Shown: positions 63,108-64,000 of the stretch, piece after piece
Numbering within the stretch: position 1 is the first letter of the stretch
How the letters are laid out: every line of letters starts with the position of its first letter
Assembly: GCA_963778655.1 (NCBI GenBank)
Contig: CAVZVA010000010.1
Span: 736,001 to 800,000 of the forward strand
Length of the DNA stretch: 64,000 nt
Direction: 5' to 3'
Source of the DNA: an uncultured delta proteobacterium
GTDB lineage: Bacteria; Myxococcota_A; Polyangia; Polyangiales; JAFGIB01
Position numbers and translations under genes: made by a program
The notes under the pieces: model-generated
Database searches by the model: none
What the model saw: the letters and a program-made list of their open reading frames with translations, nothing else
What the model was told of the DNA's origin: nothing

Positions 63108-64000
63108 TTACTGAGGCAGGCGTAGGACGCGCTTGCTGATGATGTTGCGCTGGATCTCGGAGGTACCGCCGTAGATGGTGGTGGCCTTGGCCGCGAGCCA
63201 GCCGCGGGTGAGCATCAGGTCGTCGCTGCCCAGTGACCCGCCGTCCCAGCCGAGCGCGTCGCTGCCGCGCAGCGACATCATCAGCTCGTCGCGGCGGTGT
63301 CCGAGCTCGCTGGTGTAGAGCTTGAAGATCGAGGTCTCGGGGCCCGGCGCGCCGGTTGCTTTGCGGCTCTCGGCCGCGCGCTGCACGGTCAGCGCCAGCG
63401 CCATCTCGTCGAGCAGCACGCGCGTGACCTGATCGCGCAACGCCGCGTCAGCGATGCGGCCGTCGCGCTCGCCGGCCGATTCCTTGGCCAGGTTGGCCAG
63501 CCGCGTGCCGCTGGCGCCGCCGCCGCGGCGTGCCGCCGCCGCGCCGCCGAGCCCGCCCGTGCCCATACCCGAACGCTCGAAGTTGAGCAGTGTCTTGGCC
63601 ACGGTCCAGCCGTTGTTGACGCCGCCGACCACGTTGCGCGCCTCGGCCTTGACCTCGGTGAAGAAGGTCTCGCAGAAGGGCGAGTTGCCGCTGATCAGGC
63701 GGATCGGTTTGACCTCGATGCCCGGCGTCTTCATGTCGACCAGGATGAAGGTGATGCCGTTGTGTTTGGTGGTCTCGTCGGTGCGCACGAGCATGAAGAT
63801 CCAGTTGGCGAACTGCGCGCCGCTGGTCCAGATCTTCGAGCCGTTGATGATGTAGTGCTCGCCGTCGGGCTCGAGCTTGGCCGCGGTGCGCAGCGAGGCC
63901 AGGTCGCTGCCGGCGCCCGGCTCGGAGAAGCCCTGGCACCAGCGGTGCTCGCCGCTGATGATCTTGGGCAGGTACTCGCGCTTCTGCGCCTCGCTGCCGT
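63108..64000 (-). CDS. Acyl-CoA dehydrogenase (5' end outside the window)
   Basis: WCQGFSEPGAGSDLASL, INGSKIWTS, NNGW, TIYGGTSEIQRNII. Confidence 0.93.
   Translation of the reverse strand, partial: GSEAQKREYLPKIISGEHRWCQGFSEPGAGSDLASLRTAAKLEPDGEHYIINGSKIWTSGAQFANWIFMLVRTDETTKHNGITFILVDMKTPGIEVKPIRLISGNSPFCETFFTEVKAEARNVVGGVNNGWTVAKTLLNFERSGMGTGGLGGAAAARRGGGASGTRLANLAKESAGERDGRIADAALRDQVTRVLLDEMALALTVQRAAESRKATGAPGPETSIFKLYTSELGHRRDELMMSLRGSDALGWDGGSLGSDDLMLTRGWLAAKATTIYGGTSEIQRNIISKRVLRLPQ

Noticed and set aside
62090..63139. Repeat-protein ORFs on both strands across the 108-bp array
   Set aside because: They are open only because the unit is a stop-poor multiple of 3; they overlap real genes and lack credible starts.

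Overview
Very GC-rich bacterial chromosome segment, most likely from a myxobacterium (Myxococcota, Polyangiales-like). This placement rests on the many lipoproteins with Gly/Ala-rich linkers, a MYXO-CTERM-like tail, an HMG-CoA synthase and STAND/FHA signalling genes. The backbone carries housekeeping and metabolic genes: rpsU, clpB, aspS, mobA, tag, a HisJ-type phosphatase, mvaS, an acyl-CoA dehydrogenase and a MacA/ABC/TolC cluster. An accessory island at about 24.9-35.9 kb holds one intact HUH/Y1 (RAYT-like) tyrosine transposase between GGGGACGGTCC inverted ends, three further RAYT remnants (one invisible to the ORF track), an 'empty' end-to-end palindrome and several truncated cargo genes. 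Two dispersed palindromic repeat families occur between genes. One is amplified into a 108-bp tandem array at 62.6-63.1 kb, and it also fills the position in the MacA-ABC-TolC operon where a permease gene would be expected. Other highlights are a bacterial METTL9/DREV-like methyltransferase behind a TetR operator pair, a DUF4266-DUF3570-cytochrome c operon, a surface protein fused in frame to an ECF sigma factor, and a degenerate TIR protein next to an FHA protein. No rRNA, tRNA or CRISPR array was seen. All calls come from motif recognition by eye, with no database searches, and start codons are best guesses.
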